Positions 39,675 through 49,338 of a stretch of 55,467 nucleotides of DNA are shown here, piece by piece. Position numbers and translations under genes: made by a program. The DNA comes from a virus. Its lineage: Duplodnaviria; Caudoviricetes. The first letter of the stretch is position 1; every line of letters begins with the position of its first letter. The stretch spans positions 1 to 55,467 of the IMG/VR virus record IMGVR_UViG_3300033515_000006; one strand, given 5' to 3'. Below the pieces are notes generated by a model, which ran no database searches, was not told where the DNA came from, and worked only from the letters and a program-made list of their open reading frames with translations.

Positions 39675-41537
39675 TTAAATTTCACAACCAGCACCACTAC
39701 AAGCAACTTGGTCTTTTAAATTAGTAGTATCGTTTATTTCAATTACTTTAGATAAATCAATATCTTTTAATGTTTCCATTAATTTTTCATAAGTTTCTTT
39801 ATCACAATCTTCAAACGGGGTTTGTTTATAAGTACCACCATTGTAAGGAAGTACAGATAAACCATTATAATAATCTTTATTAACCCACATCCATTCTCCG
39901 ATGATTTTCCATTCATCAGGTCTTACAGATACAGTACAAGATACATTATGTGTATTTTGACCTTTAATATGTCCAGTTTTAACCCAATCTTTAGAAATAA
40001 GTTTAACTCTTTCTAATGCATCAATTGTAGATTCGTGTCTTGTTATAGCTCCTTCTGGTGCTTTTTGTGGTACTGTAATTACAGCAGTAGTATTTGGACT
40101 AAAATATTCATCTTCAATTAATTCAGGATGATAAATAGCTAAATATTGATATAATGCTTCATTTTTATTAATACGCATTCTTCTTAAATAGTAATCATTA
40201 TGCCAAGCATGAATACCTGACGATGTACCTAAAACTAAACTTGTAGTTCCAGCAGGTTTGACAGCAGTTGTTCTTGCTGCTTGATTAATACCTAAAACTT
40301 CAGATAATATTTTATTTTGTTCTATGACAATTTTAGCAGCTTGTTCATAATCTAATTCAAGATTACTTTTAGATGCAATACCTGTCATAGAAACACCAAT
40401 TAAAGCATCTTTTTCAGTATTTTTCTTCCATACATCTCTAAGATAATGAAAATCTGTGTAAGAAGCTTGTAATGTACCTACAAAAGAAGCAGCTTGACAT
40501 CTTTTATTTAAATCTTGTTGAGATTCAATATTTGACATATTGATTTCACATAAATTACAGAATTGATAAGGTCTTAATGCAATTTCACAACATGGATTTG
40601 TTCCCCAATCTTTATCATTTGTAAGATAAATACCAGGTTCTCCACTTCCTGAAGCTTCAATTCTTTCCCAAACTTTATCAAAAGTTTTTTTATCAATTTT
40701 ATGTCTTAATAATACTACTGAGTTATTAGCTCTACCTCTTTGTGGATTAGATTCCCACCAATTACCAGCTTTACAATTTAACATAGCATCGCTATCTAAA
40801 TCAAATAAACTAATCATTGCGGCTCTTCTAATACCACCAGCTAATACAGCATCTGCAATATGACATTGAATATCATGACATTCTATATCAGTTAATTTAG
40901 AACCATCTTCTTTTTCTCTTAAAATAGCTTCAATTTTAACTAAAGCAATTCTTAAAGGTTCAGGTCCTGGTGCTTTACCACCAGCAGTTACTAATAAAGC
41001 TCCTTTTTGTCTAATATCTGATAAATCAAATTCAATATGACTTCCACCAGATATATAAGATTTAAATAAAACTTTAACGGCATCTGCCCAACCAATAATA
41101 CTATCTTGTACTACATACTTTTTTTTACGTTCAAAATTAGGTTTTCTAATTTCAGGTAATTTATCAATATGATGATTTTGAACACTATAACCTACACCTG
41201 TACCACCTAATAATAAAAACATAGTTTCACTAAAACTACGTATATCATCAATTGGTAAAAATGCACAATTATAAATTCTACTATTATTCATATCAATTGC
41301 TCTACCACCAAATTGTAAACTACGCATTGACGGTAAAATTTTCTTAGTTAAAACAAAGTTTTTATAAACATTTTCAATATCGTTTTTAATATTTGGATGT
41401 TTTTTTATATGCATTTGCATATTTCTTTCAACTAATTCTTCCCAAGTTTCTCTTCTTTCTAACTCAGGTAAATGTTTGGCATATTTTGAATATACCGTAA
41501 TGTCACTTAATATTTTTTTATCTAAACTTAAATTCAT
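39675..41537 (-). CDS. nrdJ: Class II (adenosylcobalamin-dependent) ribonucleotide reductase
   Basis: LPSMR, YNCAF, GGIRRAA, GTNPCCEI, VKPAGTTS and C-terminal ACSGAGCEI; no beta-subunit gene adjacent. Confidence 0.9.
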   Translation of the reverse strand: MNLSLDKKILSDITVYSKYAKHLPELERRETWEELVERNMQMHIKKHPNIKNDIENVYKNFVLTKKILPSMRSLQFGGRAIDMNNSRIYNCAFLPIDDIRSFSETMFLLLGGTGVGYSVQNHHIDKLPEIRKPNFERKKKYVVQDSIIGWADAVKVLFKSYISGGSHIEFDLSDIRQKGALLVTAGGKAPGPEPLRIALVKIEAILREKEDGSKLTDIECHDIQCHIADAVLAGGIRRAAMISLFDLDSDAMLNCKAGNWWESNPQRGRANNSVVLLRHKIDKKTFDKVWERIEASGSGEPGIYLTNDKDWGTNPCCEIALRPYQFCNLCEINMSNIESQQDLNKRCQAASFVGTLQASYTDFHYLRDVWKKNTEKDALIGVSMTGIASKSNLELDYEQAAKIVIEQNKILSEVLGINQAARTTAVKPAGTTSLVLGTSSGIHAWHNDYYLRRMRINKNEALYQYLAIYHPELIEDEYFSPNTTAVITVPQKAPEGAITRHESTIDALERVKLISKDWVKTGHIKGQNTHNVSCTVSVRPDEWKIIGEWMWVNKDYYNGLSVLPYNGGTYKQTPFEDCDKETYEKLMETLKDIDLSKVIEINDTTNLKDQVACSGAGCEI

Positions 41538-41630
41538 TAAATTTTATTAAATTATTAATTAATATAAAATTTATTTATGTTTTTAATGTTTTTTAAGTTT
41601 GTTTTATTTTTAATAAATTTTATTAAAAAA

Positions 41631-41744
41631 GAATCCCTAACAGACGATCTTAATGGGTATTGATGTTCTGGACTTTCGCCTCACCTTATTTGTGGCTCCA
41701 TAACACGACGTACATTTAAAGGATATGTTTAACATCTCAAGGTT
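41631..41744 (-). ncRNA. 6S-RNA-shaped structured RNA (candidate 6S-Flavo homologue)
   Basis: Closing stem CCTTGA-GATG/CGTC-TTAGGG, central bubble, internal stem GTGTT-TGGA-GCC/GGC-TCCA-AACAT, then a U-run. Confidence 0.55.
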
Positions 41745-41783
41745 ACTGGTTTGGATTCAAGCTACTGTTAACCTTTGTTCACT

Positions 41784-41957
41784 TTATTTTATAACCTCAT
41801 AGTTACCATATGGAAAATATTGTCTTAATTCACTATATGATGAAAAACTTGCTAAAATAGCACCTTCAGCAATAGCTACTTTATTTAAACCCATATTTTT
41901 AACCCTTACTGGTTTACCAGTGTATTTTTGAAATTTTATTTCATCATATATTGTCAT
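41784..41957 (-). CDS. Hypothetical 57-aa protein (not in ORF track)
   Basis: MTIYDEIKFQKYTGKPVRVKNMG...YEVIK; starts just after the dut stop. Confidence 0.6.
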   Translation of the reverse strand: MTIYDEIKFQKYTGKPVRVKNMGLNKVAIAEGAILASFSSYSELRQYFPYGNYEVIK

Positions 41958-41959
41958 AT

Positions 41960-42388
41960 TTATTTTCCGCTTGAACCAAATCCTAAATCATTTCTATCAG
42001 TATCAGATAATTCATCTACTACTTCAAATTCAATTTTAGGACAAGGTTGAATTATTAATTGTGCTATTCTATCTCCTACAGAATAAATATCAGTATTAGG
42101 AATAGCTTTAAATCTACATTTAATTGAACCACGATAATTTTGATCTATTACACCTACGTGATTTGCTAATATTAAACCTGTATTAGATATACTACTTCTA
42201 GGATATATTAATCCTACATAACCTTCAGGTATTTCAATAGCTAATCCTGTATCATATTCAATATAACCAAATTTACCTTTATCAATTGTAGATACACTAA
42301 TAGCTGTTAAATCTAAACCACAATCACCTTCTTTAGAATATGACGGTATTACAGCATTTTCATGTAATTTTTTAATTTTTATATTCAT
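41960..42388 (-). CDS. dut: Trimeric dUTPase
   Basis: GLDL, PRSS, GVIDQNYRG, RIAQL and RNDLGFGSSG motifs. Confidence 0.95.
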   Translation of the reverse strand: MNIKIKKLHENAVIPSYSKEGDCGLDLTAISVSTIDKGKFGYIEYDTGLAIEIPEGYVGLIYPRSSISNTGLILANHVGVIDQNYRGSIKCRFKAIPNTDIYSVGDRIAQLIIQPCPKIEFEVVDELSDTDRNDLGFGSSGK

Positions 42389-42389
42389 A

Positions 42390-42584
42390 TTAAAATAATG
42401 ATTTAATAAATTCTTCTCTTGCTGTTACAGCTTCTTGTAATTTTTCATATTGACCTATATGTAAAGCTATACTCACACCTTTTTTACTTCTATATGTAAT
42501 TTGTGCAATAAAAACTCCTCTTGATTTTTTAAACCAAATTCCTTTATATCCAGTATTACTTTTATCTGATTTACTATTTATCAT
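42390..42584 (-). CDS. Stand-alone AP2-like DNA-binding domain
   Basis: TGYKGIW...FIAQI...HIGQY...EAVTAR. Confidence 0.65.
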   Translation of the reverse strand: MINSKSDKSNTGYKGIWFKKSRGVFIAQITYRSKKGVSIALHIGQYEKLQEAVTAREEFIKSLF

Positions 42585-43131
42585 TTAATCTAAATGTTTC
42601 ATTATCTTTTAAAACTTCTTCTCCTAATTCTGCGTCATCATCTAATATGACTTTGTGTTTTATTGAACTTAATCTTTCTTCTAATTGTTGTTTGAGTTTT
42701 TTATCTTTATATAATATTTGTTTAATTTTTAAAATCAGATTAATTCCTGCAGGTATTTTACCGTACATTTCTGTCCAAAAATTTAATATTAATTTTTTAG
42801 CATCTTCTCCAAATTTTGAATATTCTCCATTTAATAAATTATAATATTCTGGTAAATATTCTTCTGGAAATTTAAAAACATAAATTACATTATTATCAAT
42901 ATCAATTGTTTTAATAAAATATTGGTTATCTATTAAACGATGTTCATAAGCTGTAAATTCAGGATTTTTAAAACTAAATTCATGTTTTATAAATATACAT
43001 TCATTAAATTCATTATTTTCATCAAACATATAAGTATTTTCAAGATAATTAATAAATTTCTTTTCTATACCTACAACTTCTGATATTAATGGTAAAAGAT
43101 ATGTTTTAGATGCATTATATTTTTTACTCAT
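42574..43131 (-). CDS. Hypothetical protein
   Basis: 185-aa ORF in the replication operon. Confidence 0.6.
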   Translation of the reverse strand: MSKKYNASKTYLLPLISEVVGIEKKFINYLENTYMFDENNEFNECIFIKHEFSFKNPEFTAYEHRLIDNQYFIKTIDIDNNVIYVFKFPEEYLPEYYNLLNGEYSKFGEDAKKLILNFWTEMYGKIPAGINLILKIKQILYKDKKLKQQLEERLSSIKHKVILDDDAELGEEVLKDNETFRLNDK

Positions 43132-43132
43132 A

Positions 43133-44164
43133 TTATACTTCTATAAAATTATCTTTAAGTTCAACAACACCATTATTATCTACAATATATTTTGGTGTAA
43201 CATATTGTTTATTTTTCCAACACCAATATATTTCATCTAATAATTCATCTATACCTCTATATCTATATTTACCAATATTAAATCCTTCATATGCAGCTTT
43301 AATCCATTTATCTGTCATTATAAATAATAAAGGTGTTTTATCTGATTTAGATATATATAAAAATTTAAAAGGTTCTAATGTATAACCTTCAAGTTTTAAA
43401 AGTTTACAAATCTCATCAAAAGCTCTTTGGTATAAAGCACCTTGGAAATAATATCTCCATTTAATAAAACTTTCTTCAAATTCAATAGCATTATTTTTAC
43501 CAGTTTTTAAATCGATTAACTGAACTTTTTTATTTTTGTGATCTATTGTTAAAATATCTATAATACCTTTAACTTTAAAACCACGATAATCAAATTCAAA
43601 TTTAACTTGATAATAATTATCTAAATCATTATCTAATATATATTTAGAATATTTATGTTCTTTTAAAATTGTACTTAATTCTAAAGCATCATTATATTCA
43701 GATGTTGTAATTATAATTTTACCTGTGGATTCAAACATACATTTTAAATAATTCCAAAATTCAGCTATATCAAAATTAGAATACAATGTTTCTTCTTTTT
43801 GACGTTTCCATAAATTATTTTGTTGAATTATATTAAGAACTTTTTCTCGTGTTGGAATCTCTAAATAATTTTTTATAATTATATCACATAATACACCTAA
43901 TGTAGCAGTTGGTTTATCACCATCAAATTTATAATATAATTTATTAAATTCTTCATTTGATAAAAATAATAAATCATCTACTAATGAACCTAATTTTAAA
44001 CCAACTCCTTCTACACTTTTTTTACGTATTAAAGATATAGCACCATTTCTATCAAAATCTGAAATTTTACTATAAGAAACACTTAAATCAATTATTTCTT
44101 CATTATCCAGTACTTTTGATAATTTGTTTATTTTCTTTTTCTCCTTCTCCATCAATCTCTTCAA
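43133..44164 (-). CDS. PD-(D/E)XK RecB/RecE-like exonuclease
   Basis: KGIIDIL, LIDLKT and YYFQGALY motifs. Confidence 0.8.
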   Translation of the reverse strand: MKRLMEKEKKKINKLSKVLDNEEIIDLSVSYSKISDFDRNGAISLIRKKSVEGVGLKLGSLVDDLLFLSNEEFNKLYYKFDGDKPTATLGVLCDIIIKNYLEIPTREKVLNIIQQNNLWKRQKEETLYSNFDIAEFWNYLKCMFESTGKIIITTSEYNDALELSTILKEHKYSKYILDNDLDNYYQVKFEFDYRGFKVKGIIDILTIDHKNKKVQLIDLKTGKNNAIEFEESFIKWRYYFQGALYQRAFDEICKLLKLEGYTLEPFKFLYISKSDKTPLLFIMTDKWIKAAYEGFNIGKYRYRGIDELLDEIYWCWKNKQYVTPKYIVDNNGVVELKDNFIEV

Positions 44165-44363
44165 TTATTAAATCCATTAGATTATCTTCTAATCGATTAT
44201 AAATATCATTATCTTGTAAATTAAGATAATCTACATTGTTTTCTAGGAACAATCTAGCTGAGTTAATTTGATTTTTATTAACATATGATATGAAAGTATC
44301 ATAATTTTTATCATCAAATAACATTAAAGCTAATTGCTCTATATTTAATAATTTGTTTTTCAT
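44103..44363 (-). CDS. Hypothetical protein
   Basis: 86-aa ORF. Confidence 0.5.
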   Translation of the reverse strand: MKNKLLNIEQLALMLFDDKNYDTFISYVNKNQINSARLFLENNVDYLNLQDNDIYNRLEDNLMDLIIEEIDGEGEKENKQIIKSTG

Positions 44364-44367
44364 TGTT

Positions 44368-44679
44368 TTATTTTTGTTTTTGTTCGTTATACCATTTAAT
44401 AAATTCTATACAAGCATTATATGTTTGGTTTATATTTGGTATAGCATCTGTGATATTGTAATACATTTCTATACTATCTAATTCTAAACATATATGAAGT
44501 ATCTTTTCTACTACTTCTATTAACCAATTCCAATCAGTATTAAATTCTAAAACATATCTAGAATCTACTTTATAAAACGAATCTGCTAATTTCTTTGGTA
44601 AAACATAAGAATTATTTTTTAATTTTTTCCAGTTTAAAAATTCAGCTATCAGTATATTATTATTATCTATTTCTTCCAT
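44368..44679 (-). CDS. Hypothetical protein
   Basis: NILIAEFL...DWNWLIEVVEKI...CIEFIKWYN. Confidence 0.6.
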   Translation of the reverse strand: MEEIDNNNILIAEFLNWKKLKNNSYVLPKKLADSFYKVDSRYVLEFNTDWNWLIEVVEKILHICLELDSIEMYYNITDAIPNINQTYNACIEFIKWYNEQKQK

Positions 44680-44680
44680 A

Positions 44681-45145
44681 TTATAATACTTTTATATAAA
44701 CTCCAGGATTTTCTTTAGAATAACTACTGTACTCTCCATCTATTTCCATCGGAAAAGGTAAGAATACAGTAGTATCATCATCTTCTATTATATCGTGAGC
44801 TGTAAGTAAATCGGCAATTAACTGATTTGCATTGTTAAAATCATATTTATGCTTACTTCCACGTACAAAATGAAATCCTATTTTATAAGGTTTTTCTTTT
44901 AAATATTTATCAAAATATTCTCTTGTTTTTTCAAATTCATTTGGTCTATTAATATAACCTCTAATTAATTTTTTACTAGATGAAAAAGATTGTATTCCTA
45001 ATGCTCTAATATATCTATTAACTGCTGGTGATGAAAATATACCTCTTGAAGTTTTAACTTTTGAATTTTTTAAACTAGGTACTGAACCACTTATAAATAA
45101 ATATTCATTACCATTTAATTCTACAACTTTTACCATTGATTCCAT
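44681..45145 (-). CDS. RusA-like Holliday junction resolvase
   Basis: VPSLKN and KYDFNN...ADLL...IIEDD. Confidence 0.65.
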   Translation of the reverse strand: MESMVKVVELNGNEYLFISGSVPSLKNSKVKTSRGIFSSPAVNRYIRALGIQSFSSSKKLIRGYINRPNEFEKTREYFDKYLKEKPYKIGFHFVRGSKHKYDFNNANQLIADLLTAHDIIEDDDTTVFLPFPMEIDGEYSSYSKENPGVYIKVL

Positions 45146-45806
45146 CTATTTCTAAATTAATTGCATTTAACGAGTCGTAGTCAAGTACATTATTTTGTAA
45201 AATAGTATGTAATCTTGGGTCAATTAGATTAACAAATGGTTTTCTAACTTCTTCATCACCTATAAAAAGAAAGATCATACTTGTAGTAGAATTGTTAATA
45301 ATTGTCAAAACTTCTTTTGAAAATTCAATCCATTTACTTTTTTGAGAACGTTTTGCTCCTTTTAATTGACTTAAAGCAGTATTATATAAAAATATACCTT
45401 GTGAAATCCAATTGTCTAACGTATAATCAATTTCATGTTCCGTTTCTTGATTATAATTATTAACTTTATTTAATAAATTTATTAAATGTTCATCATAATC
45501 ATTATTATAATTATTTTTATTAGCAAAAGCAACACCATTACTTCGATAAGTAATTTCTGGTTTACAATCTATAATACAAACATTAATTTCTTGTAAATCT
45601 AATTTATTAAATATTGAAAATAAATCTTTTTTTAAAGGATAAACTTCTTTATTTTTATATGATTCAAATATTGAATACATTATATTAGACATTACTTCAC
45701 CATGTATAAATTTATATAATCTATTATACCAACCATTAGACATTAAATCTCTATAATTTATTTGCAGATTATAATCATAATTTTTATTAAAATATGTTAC
45801 TCTCAT
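45108..45806 (-). CDS. Family-1 uracil-DNA glycosylase fold, catalytic motifs lost
   Basis: EVYP, NGVAF, NWISQGIFLYNTALS, WIEFS and final IKW retained; GQDPY replaced by DCKPE; HPSP absent. Confidence 0.75.
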   Translation of the reverse strand: MRVTYFNKNYDYNLQINYRDLMSNGWYNRLYKFIHGEVMSNIMYSIFESYKNKEVYPLKKDLFSIFNKLDLQEINVCIIDCKPEITYRSNGVAFANKNNYNNDYDEHLINLLNKVNNYNQETEHEIDYTLDNWISQGIFLYNTALSQLKGAKRSQKSKWIEFSKEVLTIINNSTTSMIFLFIGDEEVRKPFVNLIDPRLHTILQNNVLDYDSLNAINLEIDGINGKSCRIKW

Positions 45807-47511
45807 TTTCGTTTAAAAATTTATCATTAGCAGGAACATAATCTGACGATACAGATAAATGATCTGGAATTTCAATTTCAATAAGAGGATCTTGATTAAT
45901 GTAATCATCATATGGTATTGAATATCTAATTTTTTTATCTAATTGTTCTTTAAAAAAACCAGGTTTTATTTCTTTATAAACTTTTTTAACATTAATATTT
46001 TCTACAAGATTAATGTTTGAAGATTCCCATTTAATATTATTATATGTTTTAATATTTTCTTCATCATAATTAATAAAACCTTTCTGATTAAAATTTTCAG
46101 TTAAATCTAATCTTTTATTAAAATAATTATAAACTTCTTTATGAAAAGTATTAGTGTTAATATTTACATTTCTTTGAATTTGATCAGATAACCATGTTAA
46201 AAAATGTCCATTTTTAATATAACCATCTTTGTTTAATAAGATAGATTCTGTATTATTTTTAACATAATCTATAATAAAAACATTTAAATATAAAAAATTT
46301 ATAATTTTATTAATATTATATGTTGGTGTATGAATTCTAAATTCAATAGTTTGTTTATTACCAAAAATAAGAGGTATTAAATTTGTAAAATAATAACGTG
46401 TATTAATATTCCATTTTTGATTACCATTAGGATCTCTATGATGTGATTTTACATTATCTAAATTATAATCATAATTAACCATGTCATCACCTTCTGATAA
46501 ATATCTAAATAAAACATTAAAATTTTTGTTAATATTTTTTTTATCAATAACAGGGTCTAAATAAAAATTAACTTTTTCAATAGGTAATGGTTTACTATAT
46601 TCTTTACGTTTAATACCAAAATTATATTTTTTATATAAAGGAAACATTTGAAATATTTGATTTTGATAAACCGACATAAATTTCCAAAAAGCTAAAATAA
46701 ATTCAGGAGTTCTTGGAATATTTCCAATATGTAAATGTGTAGAACAAGAAATATCATATTCTGTACGTTTTTTTAATTCATATACAGAATCAATAAGAGC
46801 TTGTAAACCTTTTTTACCTTCTAAAGGAATAGTTACATATTCTAAACCTGAAATACTACCATCTCTTAAAGGAATTAAAGGTAATTGATTAAGTTTTTTA
46901 TTTGTTAAAATACCTTTAGTTGTTTCAAACTCTAAACCAAATGTATAATCTTTTAAATATTTACCATATGTTTCTACATTTTTACAAATAACAGGTTTAT
47001 AGTTTTGTTCATAATTTAAAACAAATTGTTGAGTAATACCTTTTGAATCGTAAGGTAAACTTTCTTTATATCTTTTTTCAACTTCTCTTAACGTATTAAG
47101 TTCATTAACTGTTTTTAAAGAAATATGATAAAAAATACCAGTTGATCTACATTCTCTATAATATAAAGGTATTATTTTTTCATTAATACATATTAATTTT
47201 TCATGATTTTTTAAATAAATTTCAACATTATACAAAGAATTTAATGTGAAATAACCTAAAATAGGATTTTCATTATTAAAATTAACAACACCTTCAATTA
47301 ATTCATTATTTTTAATTACATATTCTTTTTTAGAATGATCAAAAACTAATCTATTTTTTGTAAATCTAATATATCTATTATTAATTAAATAAATATCTCC
47401 TGAATTTTCAATTTTATTATTACCTATTAAATAATATTCACCTTTTATACGTCTACAAAAACTTTCAGGATAATTTTGACCATTAATTGTTTTTACAATT
47501 TTCTCTTCCAT
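45787..47511 (-). CDS. Amidoligase (COOH-NH2 ligase, glutamine-synthetase-like fold)
   Basis: FGLEFET, RDGSI, LEYVT, THLHIG, RYYFTN and TIEFRIH. Confidence 0.85.
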   Translation of the reverse strand: MEEKIVKTINGQNYPESFCRRIKGEYYLIGNNKIENSGDIYLINNRYIRFTKNRLVFDHSKKEYVIKNNELIEGVVNFNNENPILGYFTLNSLYNVEIYLKNHEKLICINEKIIPLYYRECRSTGIFYHISLKTVNELNTLREVEKRYKESLPYDSKGITQQFVLNYEQNYKPVICKNVETYGKYLKDYTFGLEFETTKGILTNKKLNQLPLIPLRDGSISGLEYVTIPLEGKKGLQALIDSVYELKKRTEYDISCSTHLHIGNIPRTPEFILAFWKFMSVYQNQIFQMFPLYKKYNFGIKRKEYSKPLPIEKVNFYLDPVIDKKNINKNFNVLFRYLSEGDDMVNYDYNLDNVKSHHRDPNGNQKWNINTRYYFTNLIPLIFGNKQTIEFRIHTPTYNINKIINFLYLNVFIIDYVKNNTESILLNKDGYIKNGHFLTWLSDQIQRNVNINTNTFHKEVYNYFNKRLDLTENFNQKGFINYDEENIKTYNNIKWESSNINLVENINVKKVYKEIKPGFFKEQLDKKIRYSIPYDDYINQDPLIEIEIPDHLSVSSDYVPANDKFLNENESNIF

Positions 47512-47517
47512 TTTGTT

Positions 47518-49338
47518 TTATTTTTCATATTGTTCAGATACACAATCTATACTCATGATATAATCTTTACCTGATTCAATTAATTCTTTAATTGTTTCAT
47601 TTTTTTCATTTTTTAAATTCTCATGAACAATTTGTAATTTAGTATATATTGGTAAAAATTGATTGTCTATAATATTAATTATTCTATCTTTTTCTTTTTG
47701 TTCATTAAAAAATTCTTCTTCATCCATTAAATCTTTATCAGATAAAAATGTTTCAGTATTTCTTTTTGTTAAATCAATAGGTAATGTCATAGGAGGTATT
47801 AAAGAATAAGAGTTTAATTTAATAGGTAATTCTATTTGAACACCATCTGATGTTTTTTCAGAATCTTCCTTATATTCTTCTAATTTATCAATTGATATTA
47901 AATTACCATTTTCAATATTATAAATATTATTACTTAATAATGGTGTAAAACTATTGTTATATTTTTCATAATTTAAAATAATATTTTGTGAATTATCACT
48001 ATGTCTTTTTAAACTACATACAGGATATTTAGACATTGCTGAATAATCTTCTAATGTAAAATTTTTAAAATTATTTATTAACGCATTATAATCTTCAATT
48101 GTTTCTAACAATATTCCATTATATATATAATTTAAACTAATATTTTGATTTAAATGGAAAGGTATGAATAATGTACTATCCGTTTTAAGTAATTCATCTA
48201 ATTCATCAGTATTAATAAAACGTTCTTTTTTTAAACTAAAATATGTTGATATAATATTTGTAGAAATACTATATAATTCTTCAGATTTTTCAGTTAATTT
48301 GTAAAAACCAAAATTTTTTATCCATGTATAAATACCTGTAATATTATGACCATTTCTTTTATATCTTAAATTTTGATAATAAATTTTACAAGGAAATTCA
48401 TTTATAATACCTTTTTCATCAAATATGTTTGTAATAGATGAATTATTTTTAACTCTACGACGTTTTTCTGCTTTAGTAAGGTGATTTATTGTATTTTTAG
48501 TAGTCGTAGTACTCGTTAAACCACCTTTTGAAAAATTTCCACCATACGCTTTTTTTTGACCTACTTTATTTCTATTTACTTTATGTTTAATAGCATTATT
48601 TATATTACCATTTTTTATTTCATATAAAATATTATATTCAAATTCAAATATATTTTTATTTTTTTCTCCACCTATAAATACAAGTGCATTTTCAATTGAA
48701 GATATATATAATGAATTTTTTGATTCTTGATAATAAAATAAAGGTCTTTCTTCCCATAAAGTAGGTGAATGATCTCCTACTTCTTTTTTAGAAGCACCAT
48801 GAAAAGCAAATATTACATTAGGTTCGTTTAAATCTTGAAAAACAATAGCGGCTCCTCCAATATATTCTTCTAAAACATTTATATTTTTAGTTTTATATAA
48901 TATTTCTAATAAAACTTCAGAATCATTTTTACGTCTATCAAATATATTTTTTTCATCATTTATATTTACTTCAATTTCGTAATTTTTAGCTAATTCTTCA
49001 TAATCAATTAAAGTACCATTATGACATCCTATAAATTCAAAATTTTCATTTAATTGACCAAAACCAAAAGGATGAGCATTATGAATATTAGTTAACCCAA
49101 TACTACTTTTTCTAGTATGTCCTATTACAGCAGGAATTATTTGTGGTTTAGGATAATTTTTATTTATAATAAAATCTTCAAAATTTTTATTTTTATCTAT
49201 ACCGTAATAAATTTCACCATCTACTGCAACTCCACAAGAATCACCACCTCGGCTTTCATTAAATAAACCTAATATATTTAATTTATCAGAGTTAAATTGT
49301 TCGGGGTCTTTTCCTGACCAAGCAATTATTCCACACAC
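47518..49338 (-). CDS. Class II (Ntn) glutamine amidotransferase with C-terminal extension
   Basis: MCGI, RGGDSCG, GHTRKSS, AHPF, HNGTL, DSE and ERPL. Confidence 0.9.
   Translation of the reverse strand: MCGIIAWSGKDPEQFNSDKLNILGLFNESRGGDSCGVAVDGEIYYGIDKNKNFEDFIINKNYPKPQIIPAVIGHTRKSSIGLTNIHNAHPFGFGQLNENFEFIGCHNGTLIDYEELAKNYEIEVNINDEKNIFDRRKNDSEVLLEILYKTKNINVLEEYIGGAAIVFQDLNEPNVIFAFHGASKKEVGDHSPTLWEERPLFYYQESKNSLYISSIENALVFIGGEKNKNIFEFEYNILYEIKNGNINNAIKHKVNRNKVGQKKAYGGNFSKGGLTSTTTTKNTINHLTKAEKRRRVKNNSSITNIFDEKGIINEFPCKIYYQNLRYKRNGHNITGIYTWIKNFGFYKLTEKSEELYSISTNIISTYFSLKKERFINTDELDELLKTDSTLFIPFHLNQNISLNYIYNGILLETIEDYNALINNFKNFTLEDYSAMSKYPVCSLKRHSDNSQNIILNYEKYNNSFTPLLSNNIYNIENGNLISIDKLEEYKEDSEKTSDGVQIELPIKLNSYSLIPPMTLPIDLTKRNTETFLSDKDLMDEEEFFNEQKEKDRIINIIDNQFLPIYTKLQIVHENLKNEKNETIKELIESGKDYIMSIDCVSEQYEK

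Noticed and set aside
41631-41783. Cobalamin riboswitch, RNase P RNA or hammerhead upstream of nrdJ
   Set aside because: Only fragments match (GCCAC, GAAAGTCC); the riboswitch GGGAA core, RNase P P4 partner and length, and hammerhead CUGAUGA core are missing. The rod-with-bubble fold fits better.
38203-43385. Plus-strand ORFs at 38203, 42647 and 43110
   Set aside because: Antisense to well-supported minus-strand genes.
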